From contig NZ_CP060715.1 of NCBI RefSeq assembly GCF_014396165.1, positions 720,001-752,000 on the forward strand: a DNA stretch of 32,000 nucleotides. Direction: 5' to 3'. The notes under the pieces are model-generated. The model was not told the origin of the DNA. It saw only the letters and a list, made by a program, of their open reading frames with translations, and did not search any database. This stretch comes from Erysipelothrix inopinata. GTDB taxonomy: Bacteria; Bacillota_I; Bacilli_A; Erysipelotrichales; Erysipelotrichaceae. The number at the start of each line of letters is the position of its first letter. Position 1 is the first letter of the stretch. Of the stretch, positions 12,657-20,314 are shown in pieces. A program made the translations under genes and the position numbers.

Positions 12657-14243
12657 ATGACAAAACGTAAATGGATATCAATTGGTATCGTAACGGTACT
12701 GTTCGTACTCATTGATATTGTAAATGGAAATACTTATCACTATATGGATATAGAATCAATGATTTATTTAAGCTCTTTTGTACTTATTATCTCAGGAATT
12801 CTATTTATTGATCGAAAAAATTATAAGAAGTTCTTTGGAACATTTGGAATTATTGCGTCTGTATTTGTTGTTGTATTTATTGTTGGGAGTGTTTCTTCTT
12901 CACGACTCATTAATGCAAAGCGTTATGCTAAAGTTGTGGGTCCAGTTCAACAAGTGAACTTTGAAGACCTCTATGGTGATGATCATAAAGTTGAGATGTC
13001 CTATGTAGACAAAGATTCAGCAATACTCGCAGCAGAAAAGAAAATGGGAGAGTTGAGTGATGTTTCTTCCAAATTTGATATTAATAAACGAGAATTTGCT
13101 CAAATAAACTATAAGGGTAATATGGTACGTGTTGCTCCATTTGTATATTCAGATACATTTAAGAAATATACTAATATGGGAAGTGGCGTTCCTTACTATG
13201 CCTTAGTAACAACGGGTGATGGAAACATTAATGCTAAAGCAGAGATCGTGAAATTGGATAAACCGATGAAGTACTATCCCGGAGCTCCTTTACAATATGA
13301 TTTAAAACGTCATGTTGCTATGAAACATAAATTTAGTTATTTAGATGGATGGACTTTTGAAATTGATGAATCGGGTCATCCATACTGGATTGTTCAAAGC
13401 ATTACGAAGAAAGTGGGAATTTGGGGAGCAAAAGATATGGAAGCTATTATTACCGTTGATGCTGTAACAGGTGCAACCCAACGCTATAAGCTTGATGAGG
13501 TGCCTGAATGGGTTGATTCCGTATATCCTACATCAATGCTCCTATCACAAGCTAAGGATCACTACACGCTCAACAGAGGCTACTTTAACTCATTTATGCA
13601 ACAAGAAGGTGTCATGGCTATTGATAGTAAAGAAGGAACCTATAATTATGTATCAGTAGATGACGAAATTTATGTCTTTACAGGAATTAGACCTATCAAT
13701 ATTGATGCATCTTCAACAACAGGATTGCTATTCCTTAATCGTCATACAGGTGAAGCCATGGAACTTAACCTACCTGGTATTTCTTTAACATCTGCAGAAA
13801 CTACTTCAGTAGGATCAATTCAAGAAAAAGGCTATACTCCCACAACACCAACACTACAAAATGTTGGCGGACACCCTACCTACGTTACATCTTTAAAAGA
13901 TATTTCAGGTGTTGTGCGTAGCTTGGCTTATGTGAACTATCAAGACTATACTAAATCTGCAGTAGGAGAAACAAAACCAATTGCAGAGAAAAACTATCTT
14001 AATGTGATGGGCGACCAATTAGCAATAATTGGTGGTAAAGAGGAAACAATATCCGGAAGTATCACAGCAATGAATCAAGTTATTATTGATGGAAATACAC
14101 ATTTCTTAATTAAACTTGATGATAAGAAAATTATCTTTGATGCAGCACTGAGTGTGAATGATGAACTTGCATTCTTAACACTAGGGGATAAAGTAACCTT
14201 GAAAGTCACTGGAAATAAAATATTAGAACTTACACTAGATTAA
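12657..14243 (+). CDS. Membrane-anchored protein of unknown function (three N-terminal TM helices and a ~440-aa extracytoplasmic domain)
   Basis: 528-aa ORF with a strong SD (GAGGAGGA). Hydrophobic segments are WISIGIVTVLFVLIDIV, MIYLSSFVLIISGILFI and FFGTFGIIASVFVVVFIVG. I recognise no family motif. Confidence 0.6.
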   Translation: MTKRKWISIGIVTVLFVLIDIVNGNTYHYMDIESMIYLSSFVLIISGILFIDRKNYKKFFGTFGIIASVFVVVFIVGSVSSSRLINAKRYAKVVGPVQQVNFEDLYGDDHKVEMSYVDKDSAILAAEKKMGELSDVSSKFDINKREFAQINYKGNMVRVAPFVYSDTFKKYTNMGSGVPYYALVTTGDGNINAKAEIVKLDKPMKYYPGAPLQYDLKRHVAMKHKFSYLDGWTFEIDESGHPYWIVQSITKKVGIWGAKDMEAIITVDAVTGATQRYKLDEVPEWVDSVYPTSMLLSQAKDHYTLNRGYFNSFMQQEGVMAIDSKEGTYNYVSVDDEIYVFTGIRPINIDASSTTGLLFLNRHTGEAMELNLPGISLTSAETTSVGSIQEKGYTPTTPTLQNVGGHPTYVTSLKDISGVVRSLAYVNYQDYTKSAVGETKPIAEKNYLNVMGDQLAIIGGKEETISGSITAMNQVIIDGNTHFLIKLDDKKIIFDAALSVNDELAFLTLGDKVTLKVTGNKILELTLD

Positions 14244-14246
14244 GCT

Positions 14247-14270
14247 AAACCACTCAATAGAGTGGTTTTT
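14247..14270 (+). terminator. Rho-independent terminator
   Basis: Stem AAACCACTC / GAGTGGTTT with an AATA loop and a T run. Confidence 0.75.
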
Positions 14271-14332
14271 CTATAAAATACGGATAAAAATTGTGATGAT
14301 ACCGTAAAAAATAAGGAAGCACGCGTTACCCC

Positions 14333-14360
14333 TTGAAATTACATTCAAAAAGACTATGAT
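14333..14360 (+). promoter_or_regulatory. Predicted promoter
   Basis: TTGAAA (14333-14338), a 16-nt spacer, then TATGAT (14355-14360), upstream of SD AGGAGG. Confidence 0.4.
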
Positions 14361-14380
14361 AGGAATAGGAGGACTTTGAA

Positions 14381-15151
14381 ATGAGAATAAAGGTTGGTAC
14401 TTACAACATACGGTTCGAAAACGAAGAAGACGGACCTGACCAGTGGAAGTATCGGAAGAAGGAATTATTGAAGCAAATAGAGAGAAACGGTTTCGATGTG
14501 ATTGGATTACAAGAAGTTGTATCGAATCAATTTAAAGATTTAAAAAAGCTAAAGAAATATCAAGCAGTTGGAAAGAGTCGTGACGGAGAGGGTCATGAGG
14601 AATACAATCCAATTTTATATCGAAAAGATAAATTCAAATGTGTTCAGCAAGCAACACTGTGGTTATCTAAAACGCCATTTAAAGTTTCAAAAGACTGGAA
14701 CTCAGCTTGTTATCGTATCTGCACATGGGTACTTCTTGAATGTTTAGAGACTCAAGAACGTTTTGTATTCATGAATGCACATATCGACCATGAAAGTTTA
14801 GAAGCTCAAATTAACCAGGTGAAAATTCTTGAAGAAATTACAGATGTTGAATATCCAATTATCTTAGTGGGAGATTTCAATGTCGAAAAAGAGAATAAAA
14901 TCCTGCGACCATTACACAATCGATTTAATTATATAAAACCAATACAAAATCACGGAACATTCAATGATTTTAGATTGGATCCAGAAAATGATGAACTAGA
15001 GCATATTGATCATATCTTTGTATCAAAGGATATCGATTGTGACTCACTCACAATTTGTACTGAAAAAACAAGAAAAGGACGTTATCTATCAGACCATTTC
15101 TTGCTTACTACAGAAGCAAATATTCCCCACACAGTTTCAAAGATAGTATAA
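14381..15151 (+). CDS. Endonuclease/exonuclease/phosphatase (EEP) family protein
   Basis: The N-terminal VGTYNIRF...DVIGLQEV, a mid GDFN and the C-terminal SDH are EEP motifs. Confidence 0.8.
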   Translation: MRIKVGTYNIRFENEEDGPDQWKYRKKELLKQIERNGFDVIGLQEVVSNQFKDLKKLKKYQAVGKSRDGEGHEEYNPILYRKDKFKCVQQATLWLSKTPFKVSKDWNSACYRICTWVLLECLETQERFVFMNAHIDHESLEAQINQVKILEEITDVEYPIILVGDFNVEKENKILRPLHNRFNYIKPIQNHGTFNDFRLDPENDELEHIDHIFVSKDIDCDSLTICTEKTRKGRYLSDHFLLTTEANIPHTVSKIV

Positions 15152-15172
15152 TAAGACTGTTTGGAGGCTATT

Positions 15173-15850
15173 ATGAACTATACAACTGTACTATTAGATT
15201 TGGATAATACGATTTTAGATTTTAAAGCAGCAGAAAAAGTTGCTCTTAAAAATACTATAGAGCATTTAGGGATTCCCTATACACAAGAACTAGTAAACCA
15301 TTATGAGTCGGTTAACCATGACTTATGGAGCCAGTACGAACGTGGTGAAATACCTAAGGATCAAATATTAGAAACACGTTTTGCTGAAGCATTTAAATCA
15401 TTTAATCTTCCATACTCAGGAATTGAAATGGATCGTTATTTCCGAAATGAGATTGAGGAAAATAATGTATTCATGGAATATGCTGAACAGTTTATGGAAG
15501 AATTATCAAAGCAATCCAAAATTATATTTGTAACGAATGGTGTGACAGAAACACAGCATCGTCGTATCAAACTAGCTAATCTTATGTCATATGCTGATGG
15601 TGAGGTCGTTTCATCAGAAACAGGATATGCAAAACCTATGAAAGAAATGTTTGACTATGTATTCAAAAAGTTTGAAATTACGGACTTGGAGAATGTCATA
15701 ATGGTTGGAGACTCACTAAAAGCAGATATCCAAGGTGGTATCAATGCCGGTATTGCGACATGTTGGTACAATCCAAAACATGAAATCAATGATACTGGAA
15801 TCATTCCAACTCATGAAATTGCAGATTTAAGAGAATATTTTAAAAAGTAG
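15173..15850 (+). CDS. YjjG-like HAD hydrolase (noncanonical pyrimidine nucleotidase family)
   Basis: VLLDLDNTILDF is HAD motif I, followed by VTNG and GDSLKADIQGGINAG. I prefer the ATG at 15173, after SD GGAGG. Confidence 0.75.
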   Translation: MNYTTVLLDLDNTILDFKAAEKVALKNTIEHLGIPYTQELVNHYESVNHDLWSQYERGEIPKDQILETRFAEAFKSFNLPYSGIEMDRYFRNEIEENNVFMEYAEQFMEELSKQSKIIFVTNGVTETQHRRIKLANLMSYADGEVVSSETGYAKPMKEMFDYVFKKFEITDLENVIMVGDSLKADIQGGINAGIATCWYNPKHEINDTGIIPTHEIADLREYFKK

Positions 15851-15873
15851 AATGCGCTTGCATTCTACTTTTT
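15847..15873 (+). terminator. Rho-independent terminator
   Basis: Stem GTAGAATGC / GCATTCTAC with a GCTT loop and a T5 run. It overlaps the stop codon. Confidence 0.8.
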
Positions 15874-15909
15874 AAATTCGTATAGTTAAAGTAAGGAGAG
15901 GTGATAAGA

Positions 15910-16215
15910 ATGTTGAAGACAAAAGTATTTAGAGATTATATGCCAGCTACAGACTATAAATTGGTAACTGCCTTGAGTCAAATGGAGGAATTCATTAACC
16001 AACCTAATGTTGTATACAAAGGGCATGATTTTACTCCAGAGAAAGTTAGTGGCTTTAACTTTGGAATTTGGTTCTTTATTTTTATCGGCCGTGCAAATCT
16101 TAAAACAGACACGCGGGGAATGATCACCCTTGTATACGAAGAATTAGAAGGGGATCTAAGTGAAACAATTATTGATGTGGAAGAACCAACATCAGTAGAA
16201 GAACAAGTATTATAA
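15910..16215 (+). CDS. Small hypothetical protein (101 aa)
   Basis: ORF with SD AAGGAGAGG upstream. The ATG at 15910 and the GTG at 15901 are both possible starts. I recognise no motif. Confidence 0.5.
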   Translation: MLKTKVFRDYMPATDYKLVTALSQMEEFINQPNVVYKGHDFTPEKVSGFNFGIWFFIFIGRANLKTDTRGMITLVYEELEGDLSETIIDVEEPTSVEEQVL

Positions 16216-16226
16216 AGTATAATCAG

Positions 16227-16256
16227 AAAACAAGTCGATAAATTCGACTTGTTTTT
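16227..16256. terminator. Bidirectional terminator between convergent genes
   Basis: Perfect 12-bp stem AAAACAAGTCGA / TCGACTTGTTTT with a TAAAT loop. A/T runs on both sides. Confidence 0.8.
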
Positions 16257-16260
16257 ATTA

Positions 16261-16944
16261 CTAATTGAGAGATTTTTGATATTGAAGTCCCATTACAACT
16301 ACCCAGACATAGGCAAGAGTTTTAGGAATCATTAAGAGACCTATTGCCTGATTTACATCCGACCATAACACCACAGGGATATAGAAACCAAAAGATAGAG
16401 TAATCGCCAGCCACATCCATTTGAAAGGATCATTCGCTCTCTTTCGAGACTCGTTATAGAATAGATAAATCATAATTATACCCATTATAGCAAAGGGGAT
16501 ATTGCGATAAATAGCCCAGTCTAGTGGTTGATTGTGAACAAGCCACATGTTTTGTGGGAAAAGACCAACGATAATTCGAACTGCAGCTAACACTAACAGA
16601 ACGATTGATATAGTCTTAGTATTTTTGACTTGATAGTATTCTTTCCAAATAATATATAGGATGAGATAGAATACGGTCATTGTAATCGAAGTAACAGCCT
16701 TACCAAAGCCCATAGAAACTTCATACTGTATAAATGCACTTGTTAAATCACCGTTTGGACCTGCAGATAATAGTGCAATCACACGTGGAATTAAATGGAA
16801 TGCGTCACCCGCACCAAGGATGACTGCCATCCATCCGTAAAGTTTTGTAACTTTATTTTTTGAATTTTTTAACAAATAAATACCCATACCAACGACACCT
16901 AATAAATAGATGATATCAAAAATTGATTCCATAATAACTCTCAT
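16261..16944 (-). CDS. Polytopic membrane protein of unknown function
   Basis: 227-aa ORF with about 7 hydrophobic helices. SD GGAGGTGA lies 5 nt before the ATG. It is divergent from a TetR gene. Confidence 0.65.
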   Translation of the reverse strand: MRVIMESIFDIIYLLGVVGMGIYLLKNSKNKVTKLYGWMAVILGAGDAFHLIPRVIALLSAGPNGDLTSAFIQYEVSMGFGKAVTSITMTVFYLILYIIWKEYYQVKNTKTISIVLLVLAAVRIIVGLFPQNMWLVHNQPLDWAIYRNIPFAIMGIIMIYLFYNESRKRANDPFKWMWLAITLSFGFYIPVVLWSDVNQAIGLLMIPKTLAYVWVVVMGLQYQKSLN

Positions 16945-16955
16945 AATTCACCTCC

Positions 16956-17010
16956 ATGAACAGTGTTCATATTGTATTACTAATATAGTTCAACAAAAGA
17001 AGAATGTCAA
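16956..17010 (-). promoter_or_regulatory. Promoter plus candidate TetR operator for the membrane-protein gene
   Basis: On the minus strand: TTGACA (17005-17010), a 17-nt spacer, then TATATT (16982-16987). A perfect 15-bp palindrome, ATGAACAGTGTTCAT (16956-16970), lies between the -10 and the SD. Confidence 0.55.
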
Positions 17011-17066
17011 GAAGTTTAATGAAAATTCGTGTTTAGTGTATAATAGATACGAATAGAGGTGACGCT

Positions 17067-17624
17067 ATGAAAATAAAAAGTTCTGAAGTTAGAGATACAA
17101 TTCTTGAGAAATCAAAACAAATTTTAGAAACTGGAGAATTTAATTCTTTAACGATGCGATCTGTTGCCTCAGAGTGTGATATAGCGTTGGGTACAATCTA
17201 CCGCTATTTTAAAAATAAAGACGAAATCTTAGTTGAACTGAGTAAAGAGTACTGGCATGATGCTTTAGAATCTTTGAATGAGATTACTTATTCAGGAACA
17301 GATTTTGATACTAATCTGAAGATTTTTTATAGTCATCTCTTCCCATTATTTACTCGTTTTGAAAACGATTATATTTTGAGACTGCGTGATATGTCCGTTG
17401 AACTTAAAGATACAGGGAGATCCATGGAGAAAAGAATGTTTGATTTGTTTGTAGAAAGTATCTATGACATCTTAGTCAGAGATACGAGAATATCTTTACC
17501 TGATAATCTAGAGTTGCATGAACTTTCAAAACTGATCAGAAACTCTTTAATGTATTCGATACTACAAAAAAATGATAATATCGACCAAGACATTCATACT
17601 CTAAAGTCACTCATCATTCAATAG
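17067..17624 (+). CDS. TetR/AcrR family transcriptional regulator
   Basis: The N-terminal HTH is LTMRSVASECDIALGTIYRYFKNKDEIL. SD is AGAGGTGA. Confidence 0.85.
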   Translation: MKIKSSEVRDTILEKSKQILETGEFNSLTMRSVASECDIALGTIYRYFKNKDEILVELSKEYWHDALESLNEITYSGTDFDTNLKIFYSHLFPLFTRFENDYILRLRDMSVELKDTGRSMEKRMFDLFVESIYDILVRDTRISLPDNLELHELSKLIRNSLMYSILQKNDNIDQDIHTLKSLIIQ

Positions 17625-17640
17625 CACCCATATCTATAAA

Positions 17641-17672
17641 ATAAAGCCGAACTCCTTGGAATTCGGCTTTAT
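17641..17672. terminator. Bidirectional terminator between TetR and tpx
   Basis: 11-bp stem ATAAAGCCGAA / TTCGGCTTTAT, flanked by A/T runs. Confidence 0.7.
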
Positions 17673-17701
17673 TATTAAGGTAATAATAAAATATGTTTAA
17701 A

Positions 17702-18190
17702 TTAAGCGTTTTGCGCTGCTTCGAGAGCTGCTTCATAATTTGGCTCTTGGGCCATTTCAGGAACAATTTCTGAGTAGACAAGTTTTCCATCTTTATTGAT
17801 TACAAAGATAGAACGAGCGAGCAATTCAAACTCTGGAAGGTAGATGCCATAAGCGTGTGCAAATTCGAGTTCGACATCGCTTAGCATTTCTGCCTCAATT
17901 CCAGCTACTGCACACCAGTCTTTGAGTTGATCAATGGTATTATTAGATACGTTCACAATCTTTACACTTGGATAATCACTTGCTACCTTAAAAAAGTGAC
18001 GCGTTTGAAGATCACAAACACGAGTGTTGATATCAGGGAAAATACTGATAAGAACAGTCTGTCCTTTTAGGGAATCTAAAGAAACGGTTTCACCGTTGAT
18101 ATTAGGTAAATTAAATGATGGAGCCATTTCGTTTAAGGTTGGTTGAACACCTGCTACCTCAGTTGGAACTCCTTTTTTTGTTATTTGCAT
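17702..18190 (-). CDS. tpx: Thiol peroxidase (Tpx, atypical 2-Cys peroxiredoxin)
   Basis: MQITKKGVP...APSFNLPNINGETVSL...ISIFPDINTRVCDLQTRHF carries the peroxidatic Cys, and LKDWCAVAG the resolving Cys. The start at 18190 has SD AAGGAGGAT. The 42-aa upstream extension in the track has no SD and is rejected. Confidence 0.85.
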   Translation of the reverse strand: MQITKKGVPTEVAGVQPTLNEMAPSFNLPNINGETVSLDSLKGQTVLISIFPDINTRVCDLQTRHFFKVASDYPSVKIVNVSNNTIDQLKDWCAVAGIEAEMLSDVELEFAHAYGIYLPEFELLARSIFVINKDGKLVYSEIVPEMAQEPNYEAALEAAQNA

Positions 18191-18211
18191 TAAAATATCC
18201 TCCTTGGCCTC

Positions 18212-18270
18212 ATTATAAGTGATAAAGTAGTATATTCCAAAGGACATGCAACCTAATTTTTTGGTACAAT
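18212..18270. promoter_or_regulatory. Divergent promoter region (tpx leftward, HNH/methyltransferase rightward)
   Basis: On the minus strand: TTGGAA (18235-18240), 17 nt, then TATAAT (18212-18217). On the plus strand: an extended -10, TGgTACAAT (18262-18270). Confidence 0.45.
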
Positions 18271-18290
18271 AGAAATGAATTGAGGTAACT

Positions 18291-18824
18291 ATGACAAAGA
18301 GAATTCTAACAACCAAACAAGAAATTGCGGATTATTGGAAAGATGCGATTGATACCAATCAAACAAACGTTACCTACAAAAATGCTACTTCACATTGTTG
18401 GCGATGTGGTGTTAAAAAACGTTTGGATCGTTGTCATATTCGCGCTTTTTCTCTTGGAGGAAAAGACGAGCCAGGAAATTTTATTCTACTTTGCAAACAT
18501 TGTCATATTGATAATCCCAATGTTGAAGACATCAGTATTATCTGGGATTGGCTCCATGCTTATAAATTCGACGATGAGAAACCTTATTGGTATCATCAAG
18601 GTGTACGGGAATATGAATACATTTATAATGAGAGTATAGAGAGTCATTTATCTCGATATCATATTGAGATTAGAGAACAATTTGATAAACTTCTAGAAGA
18701 AACATTGAAAGATGTCGCGCACCACTTCGGACAACCAAGAAACAACCGAGCTACTGTTGCAGGAGCTATAAAAATAACATTAAATAAATTGGATGAAATT
18801 GAGGATAATTATGAACAAAAATGA
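18291..18824 (+). CDS. HNH endonuclease-domain protein with an unassigned ~100-aa C-terminal region
   Basis: CWRCG (C36, C39), DRCHI (H49), GNFILLC (N63) and CKHCH (C68-H72) form a zinc-finger HNH signature. SD is TGAGGTAA. Confidence 0.75.
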   Translation: MTKRILTTKQEIADYWKDAIDTNQTNVTYKNATSHCWRCGVKKRLDRCHIRAFSLGGKDEPGNFILLCKHCHIDNPNVEDISIIWDWLHAYKFDDEKPYWYHQGVREYEYIYNESIESHLSRYHIEIREQFDKLLEETLKDVAHHFGQPRNNRATVAGAIKITLNKLDEIEDNYEQK

Positions 18825-20187
18825 ACATTACCAAGTTGAGATAATCGACTTAACTTACGAAGGATTTGGAGTTGCGAAAGTGGACGGTTTTCCTGTTTTT
18901 ATTGAGAATACGATTCCAGGAGAAGTTGTGGATATCACTATTTTGAAAGTAACAAAGCGCTTTGCATTTGGTAAAGTACTTTCGTGGACTAAAGAATCAA
19001 AAGCACGTGTCGAAATCACAGATGCAGTGGGAACTCGAACAGGAACGATGCCACTTCAGCATCTATCCTATAGTGAACAACTTAAGTTCAAAAAAGATTT
19101 AGTCATTAAGACATTATCGAAGGAAGTAAGCTTAGAAAATGTGATCATCCATGATACGTTAGGAATGGAAAATCCATGGAACTATCGAAATAAAGCACAG
19201 ATTCCTGTTAGAGAAATTAATGGTCAATTGGAAACGGGGTTTTATAAAAAGGCCTCTCACGATCTAATTCCGATTGAAAACTATCACATTCAAGATTCTA
19301 AAATTGATGAAGCAATCATTATTGTTAGAGATATTCTTAGAAAACATAACATTAAGGCCTACGATGAAGAACATCACCGTGGTAACATTCGTCATATCAT
19401 AGTGAGACGTAGTGAAGCAACAAACGAAATAATGATTATCCTCGTTACAAAGGAGTCAAAAAAACTCTCAATAAATATTGTGGAAGAAATTACCAAGGAA
19501 ATACCCGAGTGCATAAGTATTGTCCAAAACATTAATGAGAAACGCACTAATGTCATTATGGGTCAACAACAAATTCTACTATACGGAGAAGATCGTTATC
19601 ATGATATTCTATTAGGAAAGACTTTCTCAATTTCTTCAAGATCCTTCTTCCAAGTAAATACGAAACAAACCGAGGTTTTATATAGTAAGGCCATAGAATT
19701 GGCAGATATCAAACCAAATGAAACAGTTGTAGATGCCTATTGTGGAATTGGTAGTATCTCACTCAACCTTGCGGACCATGCGAAACATGTATATGCAATG
19801 GAAATTGTAGAAGATGCAATTGTCATGGCTAAAGACAATGCCGAAACTAATAATATTACTAATGTAACATTTGAAGCAGGAAAGGCTGAAGAAATCATGC
19901 CAAGATGGGTCAAAGAAGGGTTAAGTATTGATACTCTAGTAGTAGATCCACCACGTAAAGGATTAGATATCAATTTTATCGATGCTTCCGTTAAATCGAA
20001 TCCAGAGCGAATTGTTTATGTTTCATGTAACCCGGCAACACTAGCCAGAGACTTGAAGTTATATCAAGAACGTGGATATGAACTTAAGGAAGTATGTCCT
20101 GTCGATATGTTTCCACAGACAGTACATGTTGAGTCGGTAGTCTTGTTGAGTAAAAATAATTTTAATGCTGTCAGTTTTAATTACTAA
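18811..20187 (+). CDS. TRAM-domain 23S rRNA (uracil-5-)-methyltransferase, RumA/RlmCD family (paralogue 1)
   Basis: An N-terminal TRAM domain (GFGVAKVDGFPVFIENTIPGEVV), then NYRNK, FFQVN, SAM motif I VDAYCGIGSISL, DPPRKG and the catalytic VSCNPATLARD. I prefer the ATG at 18811 (SD GAGG at 18801-18804); it overlaps the HNH ORF by 14 nt. Confidence 0.85.
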   Translation: MNKNEHYQVEIIDLTYEGFGVAKVDGFPVFIENTIPGEVVDITILKVTKRFAFGKVLSWTKESKARVEITDAVGTRTGTMPLQHLSYSEQLKFKKDLVIKTLSKEVSLENVIIHDTLGMENPWNYRNKAQIPVREINGQLETGFYKKASHDLIPIENYHIQDSKIDEAIIIVRDILRKHNIKAYDEEHHRGNIRHIIVRRSEATNEIMIILVTKESKKLSINIVEEITKEIPECISIVQNINEKRTNVIMGQQQILLYGEDRYHDILLGKTFSISSRSFFQVNTKQTEVLYSKAIELADIKPNETVVDAYCGIGSISLNLADHAKHVYAMEIVEDAIVMAKDNAETNNITNVTFEAGKAEEIMPRWVKEGLSIDTLVVDPPRKGLDINFIDASVKSNPERIVYVSCNPATLARDLKLYQERGYELKEVCPVDMFPQTVHVESVVLLSKNNFNAVSFNY

Positions 20188-20314
20188 ATCTAGTATGTAT
20201 ACTGAGGATATAAAAAGGTAATAATTGGGTATTCTAATAAAAAAACTAAAATTGTCTAATTAAATCAGTCAAAATGGTTGATTGAAAATATGGGAAAGGA
20301 AGTGATTTGTAAAA

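Noticed and set aside
18191-18316. A 42-aa N-terminal extension of tpx (track ORF to 18316).
   Set aside because: The Tpx homology begins at MQITKKG, with a strong SD (AAGGAGGAT) just upstream. The extension would run across the divergent promoter and into the HNH gene.
18325-18639. An alternative-frame 104-aa ORF inside the HNH gene, plus antisense ORFs such as 2676-3029, 21457-21696, 22840-23256, 23421-23678, 19737-19973 and 30380-30665.
   Set aside because: They overlap better-supported genes that carry clear family motifs. They lack an SD and have odd, low-complexity composition, so they are treated as shadow ORFs.
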